DNA of 64,000 bases from Entomortierella parvispora E1425 (Eukaryota; Fungi; Mortierellomycota): assembly GCA_020891255.1 (NCBI GenBank), contig BQFW01000013.1, positions 1-64,000 on the forward strand, given 5' to 3'. The notes beneath the pieces are model-generated. The model worked only from the letters and a program-made list of their open reading frames with translations. It did no database searches and was not told where the DNA came from. Both the position numbers and the translations under genes were made by a program. Every line of letters begins with the position of its first letter. Positions within the stretch are counted from its first letter, which is position 1. Positions 44,233-56,500 of the stretch are shown piece after piece.

Positions 44233-46365
44233 ATGCCTAGACAAGATTATTCTCTACCCTCTCTGGGACCTTTGCCTAAACTGGCCCCCCCACCTGCACC
44301 GAAGGAACCCTTCGTCCAGGACCCTGACTTGATCATGGTCGAACGAGATGAAGCCCACGAAAGCGACAGTGATAGCGACTATGATATGATGGAGGACCAA
44401 GAGATTCTCAACACTATGGGCTCGCTTGCTGAAAAGGTGGAGAATCTGGTCGTCACCTCAATGGAAATCGAGTCTGCAGAGAAGACCGAGCCGGAACAGA
44501 CTTCCTCCAACTTTGTGGACCTTCTCTTGGACGACAAACAGGCAGTCGCTGAGGATACGAACATGACACTCACTGCCAACGGTGCCCCTACCTTCTCTTC
44601 GACCGGAGATGCACGACTGGATTTCTTCTTTGAGGTTCTACGAGGTACAGAGAAGGAGACCATCCAGAGACTGGCCAAGGTCGCTTGGGAATCAGAGCCA
44701 CTTGACACACTCAAGCTCGTCTTTCATCTTCGCTCTATTCTCCACGGCAAAGGCGAACGCAAGGAGTTTTACACATGTCTCGATTATCTGCGAAAGGACC
44801 ACCCAAGAACCCTTCTATTCAATCTGCGTTTTATCCCAGATCATGGCTACTGGAAAGATCTATTGAACTGGATCGTCTTTGAATGCCGCGAGGATCGCAG
44901 TGAGTTTAGTCTTACCACACGAGCCGCAAAGACCAACAAGAGGAATCGCAACAAGGCCGGTTGCGTAGGAGAACCTCGTCTCACAAAGAAAAGGGAAAAC
45001 CGGCAACAGGATCCAGACGTAAGAGCTCAGATCATTGCTGCAGCCGAAGAGCGAAACCAAGCACAATCAATCCTGGCCAGGAAAGAGCGACTTGCCAAGA
45101 CTGAAGCGAGACTGGAGCGAGCAAGATCAAAGTTTCAGAACGATCCTTTCTATAGGGCACTCCACCTGGAGGTGGCGCGCCTGTTTGCCAATGCGTTGGT
45201 TCGCGACAAGGCCCGTCTGGCGCAAGGTCTCTCCATCTCCCTGGCTGCGAAATGGTGTCCAAGTCTGAACCAGTTCCATGATGAGCACACCTTGATTGCC
45301 TCGACGATCGCGCAGATCTTGTACCCGGAACGGTTGCCCAATGAGGATACGGTCGCGTATGTGAACCGGGTACGACAGCTATACCGGAAGGAGTATTATG
45401 TTCCCCTGAGGAGAGCCACTCCCGTTTTGGAAACCATGATGACAAGCAAGCGGTGGAGTGAGATCGAGTACAGTCGCGTTCCCGCTCGTGCCATGAGGAA
45501 CAACAAGGAACATTTTGAGGCCCACGACAAGGAGCGGTTTGAACAATTCTTGAACAAAGCTCTCAAAGGCGAGACTACAATTGCAGCCCAGGCATTGATG
45601 CCCCACGACTTGGTCACAGAAGCCACTCAGCTCCTAGGAACGAGCTCGGACGATTTGCGCGTGAAGACCATGGAAGCTCAGTGGAAATCATACGTGGAAA
45701 AACTCGCCAAGACAGGCAAAATGAACTCGGTCATGGCCATGTGCGATGTATCGGGCTCTATGTCAGGTCAACCGCTGGAGGTGGCCATTGCACTCTCTCT
45801 CTTGTTGGCGCAACTAAGCCATCCACCCTTTAACCGATTGATCCTCACATTCTCGGCAAATCCTAAAGTACATCGTGTCCCTGAAGGAACGCTAATGGAG
45901 CAAGTCGCGTCCTTGAGAAATATGGAATGGGGTATGAACACGGATCTCGCCAAAGCCTTTGATCGCATATTGAAAGTGGCCGTTCGTAACAGGGTTCCGC
46001 AAGAGGGTATGGTAAAGACCTTGTTTGTGTTCTCAGACATGGAGTTTGATTCAGCAGTTCACGACGGTTTCCACGGCAATGGACCTCTTGAGCCGTTTAC
46101 AAACTACAATGTTGTCAAGAAACAGTTTGAGGCTGCAGGCTACGTTCTTCCCCGGATTGTGTTTTGGAACCTAGCGGGATCTAGCCAGGGTAACAAGCCG
46201 ACAAAGGCGACGCAGGAGGGCGTCGCGATGGTGTCGGGCTTCAGTGGTATGTTGATGAAGCTATTCTTGGATGGCACGGACTTGAGCGAGGCGCTGCACC
46301 CTGTGAAGCTGATGGAGAAGGCGATCGCTGGCAAGGAGTATGGACGTCTGCGGGTGGTGGACTGA
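44233..46365 (+). CDS. DUF2828-family protein (TROVE-like helical domain + vWA), intronless
   Basis: TANGAPTFSSTGDARLDFFF, DTLKLVFHLRSI..GKGERKEFY, GYWKDLL, ISLAAKWCPS, MIDAS CDVSGSM, EWGMNTDL, FVFSDMEFD, PRIVFWNL. Confidence 0.9.
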   Translation: MPRQDYSLPSLGPLPKLAPPPAPKEPFVQDPDLIMVERDEAHESDSDSDYDMMEDQEILNTMGSLAEKVENLVVTSMEIESAEKTEPEQTSSNFVDLLLDDKQAVAEDTNMTLTANGAPTFSSTGDARLDFFFEVLRGTEKETIQRLAKVAWESEPLDTLKLVFHLRSILHGKGERKEFYTCLDYLRKDHPRTLLFNLRFIPDHGYWKDLLNWIVFECREDRSEFSLTTRAAKTNKRNRNKAGCVGEPRLTKKRENRQQDPDVRAQIIAAAEERNQAQSILARKERLAKTEARLERARSKFQNDPFYRALHLEVARLFANALVRDKARLAQGLSISLAAKWCPSLNQFHDEHTLIASTIAQILYPERLPNEDTVAYVNRVRQLYRKEYYVPLRRATPVLETMMTSKRWSEIEYSRVPARAMRNNKEHFEAHDKERFEQFLNKALKGETTIAAQALMPHDLVTEATQLLGTSSDDLRVKTMEAQWKSYVEKLAKTGKMNSVMAMCDVSGSMSGQPLEVAIALSLLLAQLSHPPFNRLILTFSANPKVHRVPEGTLMEQVASLRNMEWGMNTDLAKAFDRILKVAVRNRVPQEGMVKTLFVFSDMEFDSAVHDGFHGNGPLEPFTNYNVVKKQFEAAGYVLPRIVFWNLAGSSQGNKPTKATQEGVAMVSGFSGMLMKLFLDGTDLSEALHPVKLMEKAIAGKEYGRLRVVD

Positions 46366-46780
46366 GACGAATTGTACGATAAAGCGGAATATTGAATAAA
46401 AACACCTTGAGTAGTTATAATCCAACCAAACGACGCGTTCCCCGTCCCTGCTGTCGCGCCCCTTTGTTTGAATTCTTTTCTGGCCGTGTTTTTTTCTTTA
46501 TTTTGATTGAGCGGTGATTCCCCTTGACGTCTTTCGCTCCTTCAGCATTCGATTCTGACATCAACCGCCCCTCCCTTCCTCCTAAACACTCATTATTACA
46601 CCTTGGTCACAACAGAAGACAAGTCAGGGCTGTCATTGACCCATATCCATCCCAACCTACAGGGCCTATATTCTGATCCCAGCCTCCACCGTCCCGCCGA
46701 CATTTTTTCATCACGCGAAACATCACAACAAACACCTTCCCAGTCAGCATTAAATTACTGGCGGCCATCATCATCATACC

Positions 46781-49700
46781 ATGGCTTTGCATGCAAACCA
46801 TAGACCGCCACAGATGAACACTTCTTCTACGTCTATCTTGGACCGCCGGCAGCATCAGCCGGCTCAACCGCTCACGCCTACTCGACGGGATACGCGTGCA
46901 TACAGTCCTACCACCTACACAACCGGGTTCTGGAGCGACCCCAGCAATAGTGAGAGCGACCAACCGCAGAAGCAAAAACCGACATCCCAGTACTCTGATA
47001 GTCATCCCCAGATGAGCGATACTGAAAGCGACTATGACCTGCCCAACCGTCATCCTCCTCAGACCCAGCGTCGTGTCCGTCCTTCCTCCAACCGGGACCG
47101 GGACCGGAGCCGAGCCCAAAGCCTCTACAGCAACCAGGATGAAGAGAATGAGGATGAAGAAGACGAGGAGGATGAAGGCGATTTTGGTCGGGAGATACCC
47201 GATGAAGAGTATTCTCTTTTCTTGCAGCAGCAGCTTCAAGAACAGCAGCGTATCCAGATAGAACAGCTCCAGAAACAGCATTTATTGCAACAGCGGGCTC
47301 AGCAGCGTTTGTTGATGGAGCAGCATCGAAAACTTCAGGCAGAGAAACACCACCAGCAAAAACAACAACAGCAACAACAAGAACAGCAGCAGCAGCAACA
47401 GCAGCAACAACTGCAAAAGCAGCAGGAGCAACAACAGCAACAGCAGAGGCCGGGTCTGCCGCAGAGTATTCACAATTCCGATACTACCCGCCAGAAGCGA
47501 AAGCAACGAAAGCCGACTCGCCTCCCCCAGCAGCCTTCCAGCTCTGCCTCACTTCCGCCCACTGAGGGCAGTGCTTTTCGCCGCGCAGAGGATGACCGCA
47601 GATCCATATGCGTTGAATCTGGCCGACAAGAGTCGGAGGAGGAAAGCAGGACTTCTGCATCTCAGCGTCTGCCAAATAACGACTCCTCAGTGCACACCCC
47701 TTCCGACAGTAGAGAACAAAAGTCGGGAACAAAGGACTCCAATGGCGACCATTCGGCTGCACAAGAGTCAACGAACAACAGCGCTCCTGGCAATGTAAAT
47801 AACATCAGGGACAAGGGCCAAACTTCGAATCCTTCTGCCACCAATGGCACAAGGTCCAGGGGAGCTCCTCGTCGGCAGTACAAAAAGACTATCCTCCGTC
47901 AGCAGGCCGCACTGTTGGCTGCCCAGCTCAAAGAAGAAAACGAAGAACGGGACGCAGAAGCGACCCGAAGAGTTCTTGCTAGAGTTGGCGTTGTGAAGGT
48001 AAGCGGCAGATTAATAATTACTTCCGCTCTGTCAAATGTAGCATGCCCTCTAGTACGTTGTTATTTACTTTTTTTTTTATTTATTTTACTTTTCATCTTT
48101 GTAGCAAATCCGAACTCTGCGCTCGCACCTTGAATATGCTCGGTACAAAGTTGGCCATGGACTTGAAGAACAGCCGCTGCATATGGTGACTGAACTGTTC
48201 GAGGACAGTGTAGAGGAGGATGAGAGTGGATACAGCGATTATGGACGGACCTCCATTTACACCCGTGCGCCATCCGCCAATTCAGGTGGTGCGACAAGGG
48301 ACAAGACCGTGGCAAAGAAGCTGCCACAGGTTGCTCGTATAAGCTCCACTTCACGAGAGCACTCTCAGAAACGTTCTCCTTCACCGCAGTCAAGTCACCA
48401 TGAGTCTCCACAGATAACCACGCGTGCGCCTATCACCCAACGGAGAGTGGTAACTGTGAGTGGTAGGGATAGTGACGAGGCGACGGACTCTGATGACACG
48501 CGCGACATGTACCATCGCCGACATACCAGTCACTTGTCTTCAGACGAGACCGTTTCCCATCGTCAGGCATCGAAAGAAAGGCAGCAATCCCCAACAAAAG
48601 CACAGCGACAGCAACTACCACAACATGAGCAGGAGCTTTTGCGACAAAGACAACGGCAGCGACAGCTGCAGCACCTGCAGCAACAAAGGCTACTTCAGGA
48701 GAATCAACATCGCGAGAAGGAGCTTTTGGCAAAACAGAAGCGACTGGAGGAACGACAGCTTCAACAAAAACTCGAGCAGCGGTTGCAACGACAAAAGCTT
48801 CTTCAGCTGCAGGATGAAGATCAAGAGAATTGCCTTGTAGAGCCATTTGCGATTCGCCGTCCCTTGGGTGCTTCTAATGTCGCCAAACCCTTGGCAACAT
48901 CGACAACATCTACGCCGAAAAAGAAGAAGCCCGCGAATCCTATTCAGAGAGCTCCCACTACTGAAAATATTTTGGCCACAGTCAGAGCACCACTGGCCAG
49001 TCGCAGACTTAATAGCAACAACAGCAACAACAGCAACAACAGCAACAGCAACAACAACATCATGGCCAATTCGATGCCACCCCTGCCGCCCTCTATCTCC
49101 ATCTCCAAGAACAGCAGCGGTCTGTTGGGTAATAAGCGCGTTCTATCCCATATGGAAGACAAAGAGAACCGCCCGATGGTTGCTCGTAAGCATTCAAGCA
49201 AGCAGCCTCGTGACGGCTGTTCGCAGAGTCCTCCTCGATCGCCTTTATCCTCGGCAGCACTGTACAAGCGTCAGAAACCCGCTTTCTCACCAAACCCAAA
49301 GCAAGCGAATGCGGAATCACTGGGTACTCTTTCACCATCACAGTTGGCAAGCATATGCAGAACTCCTTCGCCTGCGCCCGTGAACAAGACAGCTCCATCA
49401 ACACCAGTCAAAAAGTCCAATACTACCGAGGTTTCGTTGCCTCTGGATCTTACTGGTCAGAGTACATTGGCGCCTACACTGGCTCCGCCTGTGGATTTCG
49501 CAACAGCATTAATATCAACCCTGTCCGAGCCTGTATCACAGGCGACAGAAATGCTTTCCCCAAGGAGCTCCAGCCAAAAGGAGTTTCTGAACTGTTTTGA
49601 TCAGTGGATGTCGGATCTTGGCACGGAGGATTTGGATCCCTTTGGCCAGAACCAGTTGAACTACGAGGGTCCTACACCTGCATTGACAACACCCACGGCC

Positions 49701-50471
49701 TCTATCGCCATTACGGATCCATTTGCGGCCTTTGATGGCGCGGGACAAGACGTGCTTTCAGGACAAGAAGACGTGACGGAAATGGACGATTCTGAAATTG
49801 ATCAACTTTTGTACTCTGAGGTTGGCGAGGACTATGGGATCTACAGTGGCCATGAAGGTGTCGATACTCCGGGTTCTGAGCTGGGTAGTTGTTTGGACCT
49901 GGGGAGCGAGTCAAGAACACCTGGCACAGACATGTACGACTGGTTCTCTGAAGGAACTGGTGGCGGCGTTGGAGATGAAACATCAGGGACTGTGTCTCTG
50001 CCGTATCCTAATCTCATGGATCAACACCATCTCTCTCTCCTGTCAACGGATCCGGTTCTGGCTTCTTCACCTGCAGAGTTGTCGCATGGTCTGGAATTGG
50101 GTATCGAGTTTGACCCCACTGGTGATCCCTTGTGGCTGCAACAGGAGCTTCAGTTACAACATCGACTGGAGGATCAATCAACACAGGATCACTACCCTTC
50201 ACAAGCAGAGGATATCGGACCTTCGTCTTCCAGAGCAGGCACTCCATCACTGGACTCGTCGGCTTCATCCAATTTGCTATCATCGGCGCTCTCCGAGATG
50301 TTGTCATCTTCTCCCATTGCTCAGAGAACCTCTGCTCACCACCACCACTATGTTCCCATGGGCCCTGCGGGTCAACCTTTGGATCTCTCTATATTTGATC
50401 TTGGTGGAGATTTGACTACTGGCAAGGATGCATTGACCACTCTGTCAGCTAGTGGAGAACTCAGTCTTTAG
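46781..50471 (+). CDS. Large disordered protein with Whi5/Nrm1-like GTB motif, polyQ, KEN box, D-box and CDK sites; intron 47999-48104
   Basis: Splicing joins ORFs 46781 and 48183: VVK|QIRTLRSHLEYARYKVGHGLEEQPLHMVTELF, resembling the LxxRLxxAxxK Whi5-like motif. DKEN at 49158-49169; RRPLGASN at 48855-48878; TPKK, TPVKK, SPPRSP. Confidence 0.6.
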
Positions 50472-50720
50472 AATATTGCACATAATAATACAAACTGATG
50501 AATTTTTTTAAAAAAAATCTCCACACGCACGCGACGCGATCCATCCATGCGTCCAACTGAACCATCTCTCGAGTGCGAGACATCTGTTTTGTTTGTTGCC
50601 AGATGGCACCATTGAACTTTTGTAATTTTCATATTTTTTTATTTTATTTGCAAGGGTCACATTTGAAAGAGAGAGAGAGAGAGTGAGAAAGAGAGATAAA
50701 GAGAAATAACAAGAGATGTT

Positions 50721-53275
50721 TTAAGCCTTGACGAAGCGCTTGAGCGAAGACACCTTCTTGACCTTGCCCTTGTCAAAGGCAGTAGCATCCTTGAGGTCAC
50801 GTCCAATGTTATCGAGATCCTTGACCTTGTAGATGCGAACCAGCCAGTTCTGAGTCGTGTAGGCTTCCTCGAGAACGTTGAGAGTAGGGCCCTCGGCGGG
50901 CATGCGGGCACCGCGGACATGATCCACAGCGTTACCGCCATAGAGCTCTGCGAAGCGGTAGTACGACATCTTGTACATCAAGGAGTCGCGCATGGTCTGG
51001 GAAGCCTCATGGTCGACCTTGTACTCTCCGCGGGGCGTGAAGAAGTTGCTCTCCTTGACCATGTTAGGGTACACACCCTCGGCGATACGGATCATCCACA
51101 AGAACTTGTTGATGTCGTCTCCTGAGTAACCAATCACGCCACCAAAGAGGATCAACACATAGTCGACATCGTGCTGGCGCAAGACCTGGTATGACACGTC
51201 TTCGTTAGCAGACATGGCGAGGCCGACGGTAGCGATATGGGTGTTGTTCCAGGTGTTGTTGTCGACAAGAGTGGTCACGTTGGCCATACCGGCCATCTGG
51301 TAACCGTAGTCCCACCACGACATGACCTTGGCGTCCTCGCCCGTGTTCTTGCGGAGCCAGTAGTACGCCTCACGGAAATCATCAATAATCATCTGGGATC
51401 CATCTGCTTGACGGGAAGCGAGGACAATGGAGGGAGAAGAGTACGATCCAGAGGTGACATAGGTACAGTGCCAGGCAAACATGAACAAGAACCAAGTGAG
51501 CTGCATGATCACCATTGCACGGGAGTCCCAGTTGAAAATAGGGAAGCGCTTCTTGCTGTCCTTGGCCTCCTTGGTTTCCTTGGACTCCTTGGTCGAAGCC
51601 TTGGCCTTGGTCTCAGACTCGACGGCCTTGGCGGCAGCAGCTCTGGCGGCAGCCTTCTTGGACTTTGGCTCTGCAGGGGCATCAGTAACAGTGGCGGTGG
51701 TGGTGGCGGCAGCAACAGTGGGGCGGGCACCTCCAGCCAAGTTGGAAGCCAAGACATGCTCAGACTTCTCCAGATAAGTATCCAACAAGGTCGAGTACGC
51801 AATGGCAGCAGAAACACAGACGACAGGGGTCAAGGTCAACATGAGACGGACCATGACTCCAGCAAAGTAAGACGCAAAGACAGAGTAGAGGATGATGAAC
51901 ACATGCTCGTCCTTGAGCTCCTTGAAGCAAAGGTACACGCCGGCGGGGAACAAGAAGATCAACATCTGAAGATCAAAGAAGAAGGAAGTCCAAGCTGTAG
52001 GCTGATGCTCCGAGACAGATGCGATAATGGGAATGTGGATCTTGGCGTATCCAGTGTCGTAGAGCGAGTAGAAACGTCCAGTGAAGGGAGCAATGACACC
52101 CGAGAAGCTGAGCACAGTCAATCCAACAACTGCAAAGATGGCCACGGCCGAGACACCACCCTTGAGGAGGGTCTTGAACTGCTTGGGAGTGACATAGCCG
52201 CGAACTAACTCTGCAAAGGCATAGAGCTGCAAGAGACCAAAGACGCCAAGGGCAGCCATGTGCTCACTGGTACGAGTGGGCTGGAAGCCGACAAAGGGGA
52301 TCTGCATCGACAAAAGGGTTCCCACAGCGTAAAAGGTGGAGTATGAGACGTAGAGACGGTTGGAGTAGCGTCCCATGAGGAGAAGGGTGAAGGCGTGGAG
52401 AGGAACCAAGTTGGTGATGAAGACATATCCACCTATGGGATTAAAAAAAGCGGATTGGAAAGAAAGGTCAACGGATATTCAAGGAGAACCAACGCCCTGT
52501 TCAAAGAGAAAGAGACAACGCGAACTTACCCCAGGCGGACACCATGTAAAAGTAAAAGAGAGCAGTCAAGAGACCAAAGAAAGCACTGCCAGTCTTGACG
52601 GCCTTGATCCAGAGGTAGAAGGTGAAGACAAGCAAGAAGATGGCAATACCCTCGTTATCGTACGAACCAGCGACGGAACGAGAGATATAGCCGGGAGCAA
52701 CTCCGAGGAAAGCGGCAGCAAGAAGTCCTGCAGACGAGTCCTTGAGTTCCTTGGTGAGCAAATAGGCTGAGAATGCAGTCAAGCCCGAGAACATGGGCGC
52801 AAGGAAGACACAGACGTTGCGGATATCAACGGGGAAGTTGAAGAAGTGGAGGACGTTGTGGATGATGGCACTGGTGACCATGATACCGGGGTAGACAGTT
52901 CCTCCAACGACGCGTCCAAGAGGATACCATGACTTTTCATCGAACCAGTTCCAGAATTCATAGAAGCCATTCTTGACCAGGTCTAGAATTCCATAGAGAA
53001 AAAGAAGAGACAAGACTCAGTTAGTCAAGACGTGCCGACATTGACTCGGAGCCATTGGCCTCATCCGAGATGGTCCTTTGGTTGCTCCTGACAAGGCGCA
53101 TTGTATGCATGCACTCACGCTGGGTAGTGCGGTAGTTGAACCAAGGATCGAATTCGTGGATGACAGACTCGAAACGGATGATGGAGAAGAGACGACTGGC
53201 GATGGCGACGACGGCGATGAGGATGAGGATCGTCGGCTTGAGGATCCGCGCCACCGTGCTAGTTTCCGCAGACAT
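50721..53275 (-). CDS. STT3: Oligosaccharyltransferase catalytic subunit STT3 (multi-exon)
   Basis: [62 protein letters not shown]. Confidence 0.98.
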
Positions 53276-53580
53276 GGTGGGAATCTGCAGTCTGGGGATG
53301 GAGGAGTGGGAGGAGTGGGAGAGAGAAAAGATGATGAGATTAATGCGGTGTCAACGCACACGAAGGGGGTGAGAATCGCGTCTCGGCTGATTGCATGGTC
53401 CCCTTAAGCTGGGTGAATGTGCTCTTTCATTCTTCATTCTTCCGTGCTGGCTGTTTCTTTCTTGCTTCGTATTCTTTTTTTTTTTTTTTTTTTACTTTTG
53501 TGCTTGCGGATGCGGTGTGGTGTGGTGCGGGGGAAGAGAGAGCGGGGATATGGATGTGTGGATGGGCAGTCTGTCTATTC

Positions 53581-56500
53581 TCAGTGGTGGCCGGCTCCGT
53601 GTGGCATGGGCGAGTGCAGCGGTCCTGCTGGACCATGGACATCGCCGCCTTGACTGGGTCCGGACCAGCCCTGGATCGAGATCCAGCCATCGTCGCCTCC
53701 TACTCCGAACACGTATTCGTGCGGATGGAAACCCAGGCTGGTGACGCGTGCCTGCTTTTGTCCAAACAGTCCTGTGTACGACCGTACAGTCGACAGGATC
53801 TCGCCATTGACATTCCACACCTTGATGGCCTGGAGCGAAGGCGACGCGCTATGAGTCAAAAGCAAATATAGGGACGCGTTGTCAGTTTCTTCTGTCGGTC
53901 AATTATTCACTCAAGGGATAAATTCAGTCAAGTGGTCATATTCTTACCATGCAATCACGGGTGCGTGATGGTGCAAATCAAGAGCTGAGATGGGATCCCG
54001 GACTTCAATAGTCCGCAAAGACTCTTGCTGACGGACATCCCAGACTTTGATAATGCCATCCACGCTTCCTGATACCAGCTCGCGGAAGCCCCCACGCTGC
54101 ATGCGCACGTTCTGGATCCAAGACTTGTGCTTCTTCCAGACCATCGTCAGGGCTTGGTGCTGAGGCTGTCTGCGATCATAGACTCGAACTGCTCCATCAC
54201 CAAATCCTGCCACAAAGACGTTTCCAGAAACTTGATCGCTGGTGATACTCGTCACTGGTGCTCCAGAACGTGTTGGGATATCCTGTTATCACAAGAAAAA
54301 TCGTGTCAGTTCAAACAGTTCAATGTCACTTGGTCAACACGTCCATTATGAGACTATCTTACACTAATGCAGAATTCACGCGCCGCATCCCACACTCGGA
54401 TAATTTTGGAGTCGCCTCCAACAAGAAGTGCACCTCTGCCTTGCTGCCAGTCGGTGATCGTCCCTGTGCTCTTACTGCTTGGGGCCATATCTGACAACAC
54501 GCGCCAGGAAGTCACGATATCAGTGTGATTCGGCTCATCGTACTTGCGATACAGTTTAACAACACCTTCACCTACAAGGAGAAGCATGAGAGATGATTTG
54601 TGTGAGTTGGGGTGTCTCTCAATGGAAACGCAGACAATGGAGTGACCAAAGCTTACCGGAGGCTACAAGCAGCATCGCAACATCGTCCTCATTTATAAAC
54701 TTCACGCTGGTGATGGAGGTTCCTCGTGGATTTGCGTTTGAGAATCGGTTCAGAAGCTGACCCTCTTTCCAGTTCCAGACACTAGAGTGTTGTTGCAATT
54801 CAGGCGCCTCATTAGTTTTCATAATCCAATGGAAATTGGCGATAGGCTCTAGCCATCCAGTTCACACTTTTGTACCTGATATTTCGCTTATCGTCAGCAA
54901 TAACCATTTGTGGCTCGAACGAATGCATCACAAGATGCATTGCTGGCGATTCATTGTTGATGGATTGGTAATTGGTATCCCATCGACTTGAGCCTATTGA
55001 TTGCAGCACATGAAAATACTGGTGAGTAAGCAGGTTCTACGCTGATTTCAGTAGCCTCTTCGCTGTGATTATTACCGGCATGTTCACGGTGTGGTTGGTT
55101 TTCGTAAATAATCTTCTCGTTTCTGACTCTGCGCCACAGGCGTTCATTGTAGTTGACACTTCCTGGCTCATCACCCTCCACTCCCTAAATAATATTGAAA
55201 GAAATACCAATCAGTACAATGTCCAAATATGAAATTAGCAGGCAAAAAAAAAAAAAAGCTCCTGTGTGTACCTTCATCTGTGGCTCTAAAAAGTACTCGC
55301 AGCACCAGTCATAAAACACAGAGTCCACTTGTGGCCTTGCACCAGGCTGGTTGGCATCTGGGGTTGTGATCGTAGTCAACGGTGCTGATCCGTTGGAGCT
55401 CGGCGATGCTTGAATCTGTCCATACGAAGGGGATGCCTGCGCTTGAAGGTAGCCAGCATCTCCGTGAACGGATCGAGGACGCGGTGCAGTGCTACGAGCG
55501 GTGCGCGTGGTTCCTGTAGAGCCCCCATTCGATGATCTCGAGTCGTAGAGTTGAGCTGATTCTTGACTGGACCAGAGACTGCTGGCGCTGGTGGATGACG
55601 CCTTTGTGGTATCTGCAGTGTTAGGAGAAACAGATGAATATCCTGGAATCAAACTCTTCAAGGTGACTGCCAAGGATGCCGATCGCTTCAGAGTGTTGGC
55701 CATCTTGGACGCCGTGCTCTTGCCAAGGGTTGATGTCGAGTATTCAGGAGTCGAGGGGGGGACGGCAGACTGTTGCAATGAGCCCATGGAGGAAGAAGAC
55801 AGGGACTGACCCCGTAATGTGTGTTGCTGAAGAACTGGAGTAAGCGTCTGCGCAATGGGTGCAGAGAGTAACTGGAAGTTCACATAGTCCACCAATTTCG
55901 CCGCGGCAGAAGCCACACCTCTATTAGAGTCTACTGACAGACACAAGAGTGCCTTCCAGATAACAGCATACACGGCTTGCTGTCCCAATTTGTCGTGCCG
56001 TTCATCTACATCCTTGGCTTTGAAGTCGTGCTTGCCTCCTGATAGCTTTTGTTCAGACGAAATCAGATCGGACGCCACCTGAACAAAGACATCCAAATGA
56101 TCGAATACAAGCGACGATAAAAAGATGACCAGCTCCTTTCGAACAATAGGCGATGCATCCGTGGTGGCCACAAGCGCGCTCATTGCAAGGTTGTTTTGAA
56201 GATGAATTACTTGCTCGTTCTGGTCCAGGTTGCTGATAAATGCGCCTAACGACCACATGGCTGCCGCTCGCACTTCCGGAATGGGGTCTGCCAGAACCTG
56301 GGTCAATCGATCGTGTGCCCCAGTTTGCAGTCCAACAGACTTGGCATCGTTGTGATTTTTCCAAAGTTGTCCTATGCAAAGGCACGCCCACTGACGCAGT
56401 AGGTGATCACTGTCGGCGATGTGGGTAAGGCAGTATTGGATGACCTGTTGCTTCAAGCATGCCTGTTGTCCTGCAGGGAAGTCTCGGCAGAATGTGGCCA

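Noticed and set aside
51237-52208. 323-aa + strand ORF (and similar antisense ORFs over GLY1, KOG1 and YHM2)
   Set aside because: These are shadow ORFs opposite strongly codon-biased genes.
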